From Eubacteriales bacterium (GTDB lineage: Bacteria > Bacillota > Clostridia > Monoglobales > UMGS1388): a stretch of 64,000 nt of DNA. The position numbers and the translations under genes were made by a program. The first letter of the stretch is position 1. Every line of letters begins with the position of its first letter. The stretch lies in contig JAQVYH010000001.1 of assembly GCA_029004515.1 (NCBI GenBank), positions 830 to 64,829 on the forward strand, given 5' to 3'. The notes below the pieces were generated by a model, which had not been told where the DNA came from, made no database searches, and saw only the letters and a list, made by a program, of their open reading frames with translations. This document shows positions 30,582 through 39,995 of this stretch, piece after piece.

Positions 30582-31736
30582 ATGTATAAAATTCAGACAC
30601 TTAATAAAATTGCTGAATGCGGACTTAAAAAGTTCGGCAGCAATTATGAAATAGGCGATAATGTTCAGAATCCTGATGGCATTATCCTCAGAAGCTTTAA
30701 TATGCACGAAATGGAAATTCCAGAATCTGTTCTCGGTGTTGCAAGAGCAGGCGCAGGTGTTAATAACATTCCTGTTGATGCATGTGCAGAAAAGGGCATT
30801 GTAGTTTTTAATACTCCCGGAGCTAATGCAAACGCTGTTAAGGAGCTTACAATCTGTGCGCTTCTTCTTGCTTCAAGAAAGATTGCACAGGGTATCGATT
30901 GGGCAAAGACTCTCACAGGTGACGATGTTGACAAGCAGGTAGAAAAGGGCAAGTCGCAGTTCGTTGGCCCCGAAATCTCGGGCAAAACTCTTGGCGTAGT
31001 CGGCCTTGGCGCTATCGGCGTTCTTGTTGCAAATGCAGCTGAAAAGCTCGGTATGGAAGTTATCGGTTATGACCCTTATCTTTCAATCGAAGCTGCTTGG
31101 GACCTTTCAAGCAAGGTTTGCAAGGCAAGCAGTCTTGATGAAATTTATGCAAACTGTGATTATATCACAATGCACTTGCCGCTTCTCCCTGCGACTAAGG
31201 ATATGATTAATGCTGAAGCAATTGAAAAGATGAAAGACGGCGTTCGTATTGTTAATCTTGCAAGAGGTGGTCTTGTAAATACTCCTGATATCATTGCAGC
31301 TACTGAAAGTGGCAAGGTTGCATCATATGTTGCTGACTTTATCACAGGTGAACTTGTGGGTAAGGATAACATCATTGCTATTCCTCACCTTGGCGCATCA
31401 ACTCCTGAATCAGAGGATAATTGTGCTATGATGGCCGCAGAGGAGCTCAGAGAATATATTGAAAAGGGTAATATAATCAACTCTGTTAATTTCCCAAAAT
31501 GTGAATCTGAAATAACAAGCGCAAAGAGAGTTTGCATTATTCATAAGAACAAGCCTAATATGATTAGCCAGTTCTCATCAGCGTTAGCATCAGAGGGCAT
31601 TAACATTGACCATTTCCTCAATAAGAGTAAGGGTGATAATGCTTATACTATGATTGATACAGAAGTTGTAATAGAATCAGCCATTGAAAAGATTAAGGCT
31701 ATTGATGGGGTAATTAGACTTCGTGTAATTGGTTAA
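30582..31736 (+). CDS. serA: D-3-phosphoglycerate dehydrogenase with a C-terminal ACT-like domain
   Basis: AAGGAAGG RBS before the ATG at 30582. NAD-binding GKTLGVVGLGAIGVLVA, catalytic region NLARGGLV...IAIPHLGAST. It lies directly downstream of serC. Confidence 0.9.
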   Translation: MYKIQTLNKIAECGLKKFGSNYEIGDNVQNPDGIILRSFNMHEMEIPESVLGVARAGAGVNNIPVDACAEKGIVVFNTPGANANAVKELTICALLLASRKIAQGIDWAKTLTGDDVDKQVEKGKSQFVGPEISGKTLGVVGLGAIGVLVANAAEKLGMEVIGYDPYLSIEAAWDLSSKVCKASSLDEIYANCDYITMHLPLLPATKDMINAEAIEKMKDGVRIVNLARGGLVNTPDIIAATESGKVASYVADFITGELVGKDNIIAIPHLGASTPESEDNCAMMAAEELREYIEKGNIINSVNFPKCESEITSAKRVCIIHKNKPNMISQFSSALASEGINIDHFLNKSKGDNAYTMIDTEVVIESAIEKIKAIDGVIRLRVIG

Positions 31737-31793
31737 GATGTAAAGAATAAATGCTTTACTATGTTCTAAATAATAGAAATATAAATTAGCTGG

Positions 31794-31833
31794 GAAGTTG
31801 CGATAATTTACATCGCAACTTCTTTTTGTTTTT
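31794..31833 (+). terminator. Rho-independent terminator after serA
   Basis: GAAGTTGCGAT-AATTTAC-ATCGCAACTTC followed by TTTTTGTTTTT. Confidence 0.88.
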
Positions 31834-31850
31834 GGCTATACTATATTCGG

Positions 31851-33089
31851 GTGATTGCGGTGAATTGGGAGTTAATTGTTATAGTTTTTATGTCTTTAGC
31901 ACGATATAGCAGGTATGGTTTTAGGTATTTTCCGGTTGTTGATGATTGGATACAATATATTTCATATCAATCGGCATCCGATTTGTTTAGCAGATGGTTT
32001 ATAGGCGGTGGTCTATATGCAACCCGTCCGCTAGCTGGACTTATGGACTTGTATGTGTGGGGCAAGATTGGACTGTCTATGTCCTTTTTTATTATTTCTT
32101 TCGTTTATGGATTAAGCTGTTATTTATTCCTTCAGGTATTTCGTAGGCATAACATTAGGGCAGGATTAGGTTTTGTGATAGTTTATATGCTACTACCTAT
32201 AAATATTGAAGGAACGCTCTGGCTATCTGCATCAACAAGGATTGTTGTGTCCCTGTTTCTTATATCATTGTCATTATGTTTTGTTAACCATAGTTTTCTG
32301 TTCTGGCTGTTTAATTTATTGTCATTGTTCTTCTATGAACAGACGGCGGTTCTTTCGTTGGCACTTTCTTTGTATTTCACATATAAGAAGCAAATAAGAA
32401 TCATCCCTATCATTAATTCTCTAATTTTTGCTCTGTATTATGCTGCGTTCTCACGTATGGGACAGTTTGGATACAGAAGCGATTTTGCTATGCCCTCGAT
32501 AGACTTTTTTAAGGATTTTATAGAAGGATTTATCAATAAGCATAGCGAGCTTATTGCAAATGGATTCGTTAATGGGCTTGGACAACTGAGTTTTGTTATG
32601 ATTGTTCTTGTTATGTTGGTTGGGATAATCATCCCATTAACATTAAAGGATAACAAGGGGAGTAGCGGACTATTATTGGGTATATTTCTTTTTGCTATCC
32701 CCTTTACTCCATATCTTGTGGTAGTTCAGCCATTATCGTTTCGTGCTTTTGTGCCAGCTCTTGTGGGGTTGGGTCTTATCGTTGATGGGATTATTATGTC
32801 TCATTCTGTGAAAAAGGCTTTTGCGATGATTCTGATTCCTGTTTTCTTGATTGTAGGGGTCAGCGAGATAGGGGATTATAGGCGAGTGAGCATTATGGAC
32901 AAAGCCGCTGCAAGGCAGATAATTGATAGTGGGGCGAAGACCTTTAAAAGACAGGAGTGTCTAACTAAAACAAACACTATGTATATGCAACATATCACAA
33001 ATGTTACTGAAAGTGATTGGGCTATGACAGGATGCATAAGGGCAATTACCCGAAACCCTGATTACCCTATGTTGATTTGTGAAGAATAA
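31851..33089 (+). CDS. Multi-pass integral membrane protein, possibly a glycopolymer polymerase or GT-C-like enzyme
   Basis: 412-aa ORF with about 10 hydrophobic segments. It lies next to a TagA-family gene. The start is uncertain: the GTG at 31851 has no RBS and sits only 17 nt after the serA terminator. The function is an inference from context only. Confidence 0.6.
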   Translation: MIAVNWELIVIVFMSLARYSRYGFRYFPVVDDWIQYISYQSASDLFSRWFIGGGLYATRPLAGLMDLYVWGKIGLSMSFFIISFVYGLSCYLFLQVFRRHNIRAGLGFVIVYMLLPINIEGTLWLSASTRIVVSLFLISLSLCFVNHSFLFWLFNLLSLFFYEQTAVLSLALSLYFTYKKQIRIIPIINSLIFALYYAAFSRMGQFGYRSDFAMPSIDFFKDFIEGFINKHSELIANGFVNGLGQLSFVMIVLVMLVGIIIPLTLKDNKGSSGLLLGIFLFAIPFTPYLVVVQPLSFRAFVPALVGLGLIVDGIIMSHSVKKAFAMILIPVFLIVGVSEIGDYRRVSIMDKAAARQIIDSGAKTFKRQECLTKTNTMYMQHITNVTESDWAMTGCIRAITRNPDYPMLICEE

Positions 33090-33170
33090 ATAAACTATTT
33101 GATTATGTAGAAAAAATGTGATACAATGTAGAATGATATGTTATGTACGATTTTAAGAAGGTGTTTTATT

Positions 33171-33902
33171 ATGTCAGATAAAAAAGTAAAGATTCTAGAT
33201 GTAAATGTTAATAGTATCACAATGAAGCAGGCGGTTGAGAAGGCTCTCGGTTATATCAAAGAGGGTGGATTCCACAGCGTTTTCACTCCTAATCCAGAGA
33301 TAATATGGCTCTCTCAAAAGGATAAGGAGCTTAAAGAGGTGCTTGATAATGCAGATATGCTTCTCCCAGATGGGATTGGCGTAGTCGTGGCATCCAAGAT
33401 TAAAAAACAACCAATGCCTGAAAGGGTTGGCGGTTATGATTTTACCCGTGAGATGTTTAAGCAACCCGGGATTTCATTCTTCCTTTTTGGTGCAAAGCCG
33501 GGTGTTGCAGAGCTTGCGGCAGAGAACCTGAAAAAAGAAAATCCTAATATCACTATTGCAGGTACACGCAATGGATACTTCGACGAAGCAAAAGATACCG
33601 ATGAGATAATTCAGCAGATAAACGATAGCGGGGCAGATGTACTTATTGTGTGCCTTGGCGTTCCAAAGCAGGAACGATGGATATACCGCAACAGAGATAA
33701 GCTAAGTCCGTCTCTTTGTATTGGAGTTGGCGGAACACTTGATGTAATTGCAGGGGTAGTAAAGAGAGCGCCTGATATCTACATAAAGCTTAATCTTGAA
33801 TGGCTTTACAGAACGGTAAAACAGCCTTCAAGAATAAAGAGAAATTGGGTTCTATTTGCGTTTATACTAAAGGTTTTATTTATAGATAGAAAAAACAAAT
33901 GA
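33171..33902 (+). CDS. tagA: WecB/TagA/CpsF-family glycosyltransferase (N-acetylmannosaminyltransferase-like)
   Basis: MSDKKVKILDVNVNSITMKQAV..., PDGIGVV, LFGAKPGVAE, LIVCLGVPKQERW, GVGGTLDVIAG and LEWLYR are typical of the family. Confidence 0.85.
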   Translation: MSDKKVKILDVNVNSITMKQAVEKALGYIKEGGFHSVFTPNPEIIWLSQKDKELKEVLDNADMLLPDGIGVVVASKIKKQPMPERVGGYDFTREMFKQPGISFFLFGAKPGVAELAAENLKKENPNITIAGTRNGYFDEAKDTDEIIQQINDSGADVLIVCLGVPKQERWIYRNRDKLSPSLCIGVGGTLDVIAGVVKRAPDIYIKLNLEWLYRTVKQPSRIKRNWVLFAFILKVLFIDRKNK

Positions 33903-33916
33903 AAGGATGATATTCG

Positions 33917-34621
33917 ATGAAGGTAACACTTCTTTCACACACACCGGATCCTGAAAGATTGGTTGCAGCAGCAGCCAGACTTTGTTATTCAAATAAAACA
34001 GTAGATACTCTTTATGAGGGTATGAGCCATCCTGAAGATATGGTTAAGATGCTTATTGATATGGGTCATGAAAGTCCACTTGAGCATGCGAGCTTTACCT
34101 TTGGTGTTGAGGGTGTGAGCAGAGCGCTTCTTGCACAGCTTACTCGTCATAGAATCGCTAGTTTTTCTGTAAAATCACAGAGATATGTTGACGAAGCAAA
34201 GCTTCAGGTTGTTACTCCTCCTGCCATTGCAGAAAATTCTGAGGCAAAGGCTATGTTTGATGAAACAACCGAATACCTTCGCAAGAAGTATATCGCCCTT
34301 CGTGATATTCTTAAGCAAGGATACATTTCCGAGGGTATGGACGAAAAGTCAGCCCAGAAAAAGGCTCTTGAGGACGCTCGTTTTGTTCTGCCAAATGCTT
34401 GTGAAACCTCCCTTATTATGACCATGAATGTTCGTTCACTCTTTAACTTCTTCTCACTTCGTTGCTGCAATCGTGCGCAGTGGGAGATTCGTGACCTTGC
34501 AGATGAGATGCTTCGTCTTGTAAAAGAGGTTGCTCCATCAATTTTTGAGAATGCAGGTGCTCCTTGCGTAAGCGGACCTTGCGATCAGGGTAAGATGACC
34601 TGCGGTAAACCAAGAAGATAA
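33917..34621 (+). CDS. thyX: FAD-dependent thymidylate synthase
   Basis: ThyX motif LTRHRIASFSVKSQRY, plus ESPLEHASFTF. Confidence 0.93.
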   Translation: MKVTLLSHTPDPERLVAAAARLCYSNKTVDTLYEGMSHPEDMVKMLIDMGHESPLEHASFTFGVEGVSRALLAQLTRHRIASFSVKSQRYVDEAKLQVVTPPAIAENSEAKAMFDETTEYLRKKYIALRDILKQGYISEGMDEKSAQKKALEDARFVLPNACETSLIMTMNVRSLFNFFSLRCCNRAQWEIRDLADEMLRLVKEVAPSIFENAGAPCVSGPCDQGKMTCGKPRR

Positions 34622-34647
34622 TTTTTTACATAAAGAGGTTGTTTTTT

Positions 34648-35319
34648 ATGAAAGGCAAATTGTTTGTAATGGAAGGTCTTGATGGTTGCGGTAAGCAGAC
34701 CCAGACAGCCCTCCTTAAAGAAAAGCTTATACAGATGGGATATAATGTTATGACTATTACATTCCCTGATTATGATAGTGGCGCGTCAACTCCTGTTAAG
34801 ATGTATCTTAACGGTGAATTTGGCGACAAGGCATCTGAAGTAAGTCCATATATGGCTTCGGCTTTTTATGCGGTTGACAGAATTGCGTCATATAAAAAGC
34901 ATTGGGAAAAGGAGCTTCAGGCAGGAACAATCGTAATTGCAGATAGATACACAACGTCCAATATGCTTCATCAGGCAACAAAGCTTGAGGGTGCAGAGCG
35001 TGATGAATATCTTGACTGGCTTACTGATTTTGAGTTCAACCGTCTTGGCCTTCCTGTTCCCGATGGTGTAATATATCTTGATATGCCACAGGAGTTTGCA
35101 AGAACGCTCAGAAGTCAGCGTGATACTAAATTCGAGGGTAGTGATATCCATGAGAAGGATAGAGAATACCTTGAAAAGTGCAGCCGTGCTGCCCAGTCTA
35201 TTGCTGATAAGTATGGATGGAAGACTGTTAAGTGTGTTGTTGACGAAAAGCTGCGCACAATAGAGGAAATTAACGAAGAAGTGGTCGGTTTAGCGGAGGC
35301 TTGGTTATGGGAAAAATAA
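34648..35319 (+). CDS. tmk: Thymidylate kinase
   Basis: MKGKLFVMEGLDGCGKQTQ P-loop and a DRY motif (IADRYTTSN). The track ORF opens 3 codons earlier at a TTG. Confidence 0.9.
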   Translation: MKGKLFVMEGLDGCGKQTQTALLKEKLIQMGYNVMTITFPDYDSGASTPVKMYLNGEFGDKASEVSPYMASAFYAVDRIASYKKHWEKELQAGTIVIADRYTTSNMLHQATKLEGAERDEYLDWLTDFEFNRLGLPVPDGVIYLDMPQEFARTLRSQRDTKFEGSDIHEKDREYLEKCSRAAQSIADKYGWKTVKCVVDEKLRTIEEINEEVVGLAEAWLWEK

Positions 35320-36725
35320 TGATTCAGGGAACTGCTGAGGGTGTAGGCAAGTCTACGGTTGCAGCGGCGCTGTGTCGAATTTTCCGTCAGGAGGGCAGGG
35401 CTGTTGTACCCTTTAAGCCAGTGTCTTCTTATCCCGAGTCAACCTTTACCGCAGACAATTGTGAAATCGATAGCAGAATGAATATTCTTGCGGCAGCTTG
35501 CAGAAAACAGCCTGCGGTGCTTATGAATCCTGTATTTTTGAAGCCTGCAGAAAATCAAAAGTATAATGTAATCGTTATGGGGAAGATATTTGAAACAACA
35601 GCGCTAATTCATCATCTTCGAGATGGATATGCATTTATGGATTTGGTGAAGAATGCGTATTCAATTCTTCTTTCACAAAATGAAGATATTGTTGTTTGTG
35701 GAAGCGGTAGCTGTGGTGATAATTATTTTTGCGATAAGGAACTGGGCAATATGAGTTTTGCTCAGGAAATGAAGCTTCCTGTGATTCTCGTTGCGGATTG
35801 CGCTAATGGTGGAACCGTTGGAGAAATATGCGGAACATTATATATGATTCGTCGCCAAAAAAGACGAGTGCAGGGTGTAATTCTTAATAATTGTCCTATG
35901 GACAGGGTTATTATTGAAGAAATGAAAAAGCTTATCCCTGTGCCGGTTCTTGGCACAATACCAACATTTAACTTAAACTTTAATCTTGATGGGTATGAAA
36001 AGGAACGAATCAAGGTTGAGATTATCCGTATGCCTTCTATGCTAGGCAGCAGTGAATATTTCCCTCTGGAGAATCGTGATGATACAGAGGTTAGATATAT
36101 TAATAAATTTGCAGAAAGCAGCTCTCCTGATTTGCTTATAATTCCTGATTGCAGAAGCTTTTCTGATGCGAAGGTCTTTTTGAGAGAAACGGGATTTGAT
36201 GTACTTATTAATCAGATGGTATCTGATGGAAAGCTTGTTATTGGTATTGGCAATGGCTACGGCGTTATGGGTAATGGTAGAGAAGAACTTAACATTCTTG
36301 ATGTAAAAAATACCGATGCAGGTGAGAGATACTCATTAAGCTTTGAAGGCACAATTGGGAATAATCCTTCTCCCTATTTTGCCGATTTATCAGAAGTTAT
36401 AGTTAAAGGCACTGAGTCAGCAGTGAATAATACCACCGTTGGTCTTGCTGCCCGCCCTGCCCTAAATGGCAGGGGCGCATTCAGTGCGGCAGGTAACGCT
36501 TTTGGAACAAGTGTTCATGGCTTGTTTGAATGTGATGCATTTGTTAGTGGTTTGATGGCAAACCTAAAACAAATAAAGGGTATTCGATATACTGATACTC
36601 CTCAGTCAAGGCGTGATACAGCCCTTGACTACTTGGCTGATATCGTGAGAGATTATTGCGATATGGAGCAAATATATAAAATAATGGGGGACCCATATGA
36701 ACCTGAAGTCGGTATCGTCAGATGA
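35307..36725 (+). CDS. CobQ/CbiP-like protein (cobyric acid synthase homologue) apparently lacking the glutaminase catalytic Cys
   Basis: It is collinear with CbiP as I recall it: MIQGTAEGVGKS, VILVADCANGG, VQGVILNN, VPVLGTIP, FGTSVHGLFECDAF, MEQIYKIM. Where CbiP has GICGGYQMLG, this protein reads GIGNGYGVMG. GGAGG lies 6 nt upstream of the ATG at 35307, and the gene overlaps the tmk stop. Confidence 0.75.
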   Translation: MGKIMIQGTAEGVGKSTVAAALCRIFRQEGRAVVPFKPVSSYPESTFTADNCEIDSRMNILAAACRKQPAVLMNPVFLKPAENQKYNVIVMGKIFETTALIHHLRDGYAFMDLVKNAYSILLSQNEDIVVCGSGSCGDNYFCDKELGNMSFAQEMKLPVILVADCANGGTVGEICGTLYMIRRQKRRVQGVILNNCPMDRVIIEEMKKLIPVPVLGTIPTFNLNFNLDGYEKERIKVEIIRMPSMLGSSEYFPLENRDDTEVRYINKFAESSSPDLLIIPDCRSFSDAKVFLRETGFDVLINQMVSDGKLVIGIGNGYGVMGNGREELNILDVKNTDAGERYSLSFEGTIGNNPSPYFADLSEVIVKGTESAVNNTTVGLAARPALNGRGAFSAAGNAFGTSVHGLFECDAFVSGLMANLKQIKGIRYTDTPQSRRDTALDYLADIVRDYCDMEQIYKIMGDPYEPEVGIVR

Positions 36726-37560
36726 TTTACAAAAGATAAAAAGCTATTTAGAATATCGCCAATGTGAAAGCTCTGAAATTAACTTCCTTACGTTTTATAT
36801 TTGGCGTAAGGCATTTAATATTCAGTATGCTGAAGTAGAAGGCTGCCTTGTTATTCGTTTTAAGGATAATGACAGCCCGGAGAACTTTCGATTCCCTATT
36901 GGGGGTGGCGATGTCATCAAGGCTCTTGAAAAGATAGAGGAGCATTGTGATGGAAGACCTATTTTCTATGGTATATCCAAGCAGCAGGCGGAGTTTCTGG
37001 AGACAAGAGGATATAAAACCTCTTGTATGAAGGCATATTCCGACTATGTTTATAAGACTGATGACCTTATTAATCTATCGGGCAGAAAATATCATAGTAA
37101 GAGGAACCATCTGAATACATTTATGCGCTCTTACGAATATGAATATAAGGCAATGGATAGTGAAAATGCTTTGGAGTGTATCAAGGCTTATGATTTGTGG
37201 TTTACCAATGAAAGTCAGGATGCAATGCTAGATTATGAGAAGCAGGCTATCGAAGATATCCTTACTCACTTTGATATTCTTGATTTTAAGGGCGGGGTTT
37301 TATATGCGAATGGTGAAATCTGTGCATTTACTGTGAGCGAGCAGCTTACAAAGGATATGGCAGTTATTCATATTGAAAAAGCCAATACACAAATCAATGG
37401 GGCATTCCCAGCTATCAACCAGATGCATCTGGAAGCAACATGGAGTCATCTGACCTATGTTAATCGTGAAGAGGATTTGGGTCTTGAAGGACTTCGCAAG
37501 GCAAAGCTTTCCTATCGTCCTTGCAAAATGATAGATAAATATAAGGCGGTAAAGCTGTGA
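36697..37560 (+). CDS. DUF2156-like protein (resembles the C-terminal domain of lysyl-phosphatidylglycerol synthase)
   Basis: 287 aa. ESSEINFLTFYIWRKAF and LSGRKYHSKRNHLNTF resemble DUF2156 family signatures. It overlaps the previous gene by 29 nt. Confidence 0.6.
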   Translation: MNLKSVSSDDLQKIKSYLEYRQCESSEINFLTFYIWRKAFNIQYAEVEGCLVIRFKDNDSPENFRFPIGGGDVIKALEKIEEHCDGRPIFYGISKQQAEFLETRGYKTSCMKAYSDYVYKTDDLINLSGRKYHSKRNHLNTFMRSYEYEYKAMDSENALECIKAYDLWFTNESQDAMLDYEKQAIEDILTHFDILDFKGGVLYANGEICAFTVSEQLTKDMAVIHIEKANTQINGAFPAINQMHLEATWSHLTYVNREEDLGLEGLRKAKLSYRPCKMIDKYKAVKL

Positions 37561-37562
37561 TT

Positions 37563-38120
37563 ATGGAAAATGATAAAAAGGGCTTGCGACAAAAGTTTAG
37601 TCAGGTTAGAAAAAATGTAGCGAATAGACTGCAAAAGGATAAAGTAATTACTGATATCTTCAAAAATAGTGATTTATATAAAAAGGCAAACTCTGTTATG
37701 TTTTATGTCAGTATGGAGCAAGAGGTTGACACAAAACGGATGATTGCCACGGCACTTGCTGATGGAAAGAGAGTCTTTGTTCCAAAGGTGACAGGGAAGG
37801 GCGAGATGTGTGTCTGTGAAATATCAGACGCCCAATCCTTCGAGAGAAGTAATTTTGGTGTGTACGAACCGGTAAATCCTGTCGTAGTTGACAAGGATGC
37901 AGTAGAACTTATTGTTGTACCCGGAATGGCGTTTGATAAAAGTGGCACAAGGCTTGGCTATGGCGGTGGATTTTACGATAGATTTTTATCTGATGTGAAA
38001 TGTGATACAGTAGGATTTTGCTATGAAGTTTGCCTTACAGATAAGTTAATTAAAGAAATAACAGACATTGGTGTTGAATATATAATTACCGAAAAGGGGC
38101 TAATCAGCTGTGGAGGATAA
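37563..38120 (+). CDS. 5-formyltetrahydrofolate cyclo-ligase
   Basis: LRQKFSQVRKN..., VVPGMAFDKSGTRLGYGGGFYDRFL is the MTHFS signature. The GTG at 37557 overlaps the previous stop, and an ATG follows at 37563. Confidence 0.85.
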   Translation: MENDKKGLRQKFSQVRKNVANRLQKDKVITDIFKNSDLYKKANSVMFYVSMEQEVDTKRMIATALADGKRVFVPKVTGKGEMCVCEISDAQSFERSNFGVYEPVNPVVVDKDAVELIVVPGMAFDKSGTRLGYGGGFYDRFLSDVKCDTVGFCYEVCLTDKLIKEITDIGVEYIITEKGLISCGG

Positions 38121-38757
38121 TAATATAAATTATGAATATATTCTGCGTTATCTCAAAAGAACATTGAGAGCTGACGAAGGACATATAGAGGATGTAAGGC
38201 GAGTAGCAGTGGGGATGAACCTACCCATCGCAAGAGTTGAAACTGTGCGCTTTTTGCAGACTCTTATTGCATCATCCAACGCGAAGAGAATTCTTGAAAT
38301 CGGTACAGCCATTGGCTATTCGGGTCTTTCTATGCTAGAGGCTGCGGGTGATGATGGACATCTTGTTACTGTGGAAAAGTCACCAGACCTTGCAAAGCTT
38401 GCAAGAGAAAACTTTGAGGGGAAGAAGGTAGAACTTATCGAAGGTGACGGAGTAAAGGTTCTTGAAACATTAGACGGTGAGTTTGACTTTGCTTTTGTAG
38501 ATGCGGCAAAGGGTCAGTACGGAGCTATGTTTGATAACCTTATGCGTCTTGTTAAGACCAGTGGGGTTATTGTCAGCGACAATGTGCTTTATAAGGGTAT
38601 GACAGCGACTGACGATTTGAGGGAACGCAGAGAGATAACTATTATTAAGAGAATGAGAGCATATCTTGATATGCTTTGTAATGATAAAAGGCTTGTGACA
38701 TCCATCGTGCCAATCGGTGATGGCCTTGCAATAAGCTACATAGTACGAAAGGATTGA
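38110..38757 (+). CDS. trmR: Class I SAM-dependent O-methyltransferase (YrrM/TrmR-like)
   Basis: ILEIGTAIGYSGL SAM motif, FDFAFVDAAKGQY and VSDNVLYKG. It is paired with a U32 peptidase-family gene, as in the Bacillus yrrM-yrrN-yrrO locus. The GTG start overlaps the MTHFS stop. Confidence 0.75.
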   Translation: MEDNNINYEYILRYLKRTLRADEGHIEDVRRVAVGMNLPIARVETVRFLQTLIASSNAKRILEIGTAIGYSGLSMLEAAGDDGHLVTVEKSPDLAKLARENFEGKKVELIEGDGVKVLETLDGEFDFAFVDAAKGQYGAMFDNLMRLVKTSGVIVSDNVLYKGMTATDDLRERREITIIKRMRAYLDMLCNDKRLVTSIVPIGDGLAISYIVRKD

Positions 38758-38762
38758 TATAT

Positions 38763-39980
38763 ATGATAGAGCTTCTTGCTCCGGCAGGGGATCTTGAAAA
38801 AATGAAGATTGCCATACAGTATGGCGCTGATGCGGTGTATATGGGTGGCGGTGTGTTCTCATTGAGAAGTGCTGCGGCGAATTTTGATGAAGAACAGATG
38901 AAGCATGGTGTAGAGTATGCTCATAGCAAGGGTAAAAAGGTCTATATTACAGCTAATATCATTCCTAAAAATGCCGATATTGACGATTTATACAAATATA
39001 TACGACTTATAGATAGCTGTGGAGCAGATGCGGTTATCCTTTCTGATTTAGGTGCTTTTACCGTTGCGAAGGAAGCGGCGCCAAATCTCCCAATCCACAT
39101 AAGCACACAGGCGAATAACTTAAACTACAAGGCTTGTGATGCGTGGCACAAGATGGGTGCTGAGAGGGTCATCCTCGCTCGTGAGCTTTCTTTTGAAGAA
39201 ATCAAGGAAATCCGAGAAAAATGCGGTGAGGAGTTAGAAATCGAAGCCTTTGTTCATGGCGCTATGTGTGTTTCCTATTCAGGCAGATGCCTTATGTCTG
39301 ATTATATGGCATCAAGAAGTGCGAATCGTGGTGATTGCGCACAGCCTTGTCGTTGGAATTATAGTCTTGTGGAAGAAAAGAGACCAAATCAGTATATGCC
39401 TGTTTTTGAAAATGAAAGAGGCACATTTATCTTTAACTCCAAGGACTTATGTCTTCTTCCATATATTCCACAGCTTGCCCAGTCGGGAATAACATCATTT
39501 AAAATTGAAGGTAGAGTTAAGTCTGAATACTATGTTGCGGCTATTGTTAAGGCATACAGAACAGAGATTGACAGATATCTTGAGAATCCTGATAAATATG
39601 TTTTTGATGAAAAACAATTTGATGAGGTTAAAAAGGTTAGTCACAGGAGCTACAGCACGGGCTTTAATTTTGGTAACAAAGGTGAGCAGGTATATGAGAG
39701 TTCTTCATATATCCGTGAATATATTCTTGCAGGTGTTGTAACTGATTATAATTGCGAAACAGGCAGAGTTACAGTTGAGCAGAGAAACAAAATCTTTGCT
39801 GGTGACAAAGTTGAAATTCTCAGCTGGGATAATCCTGAGAATATCGTGTTCAAGGCTGAAGAAATAAAAAATGAAAAGGGTGCTGACATTGATTCAACAC
39901 CTCATTCCAAGATGATTTATACAATGAAATCTCCTGTTCCTGTTAGCAAAGGTTCGTTTGTAAGAAAAGCAGTTGAATAA
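38763..39980 (+). CDS. trhP: Peptidase U32 family protein (TrhP-like, tRNA ho5U34 formation)
   Basis: MIELLAPAGDLEKMKIAIQYGADAVYMGG, ERVILARELS, the Cys cluster GAMCVSYSGRCLMS...CAQPCRW, and FKIEGR. Confidence 0.82.
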   Translation: MIELLAPAGDLEKMKIAIQYGADAVYMGGGVFSLRSAAANFDEEQMKHGVEYAHSKGKKVYITANIIPKNADIDDLYKYIRLIDSCGADAVILSDLGAFTVAKEAAPNLPIHISTQANNLNYKACDAWHKMGAERVILARELSFEEIKEIREKCGEELEIEAFVHGAMCVSYSGRCLMSDYMASRSANRGDCAQPCRWNYSLVEEKRPNQYMPVFENERGTFIFNSKDLCLLPYIPQLAQSGITSFKIEGRVKSEYYVAAIVKAYRTEIDRYLENPDKYVFDEKQFDEVKKVSHRSYSTGFNFGNKGEQVYESSSYIREYILAGVVTDYNCETGRVTVEQRNKIFAGDKVEILSWDNPENIVFKAEEIKNEKGADIDSTPHSKMIYTMKSPVPVSKGSFVRKAVE

Positions 39981-39995
39981 TATTGCTAAAAGGCG

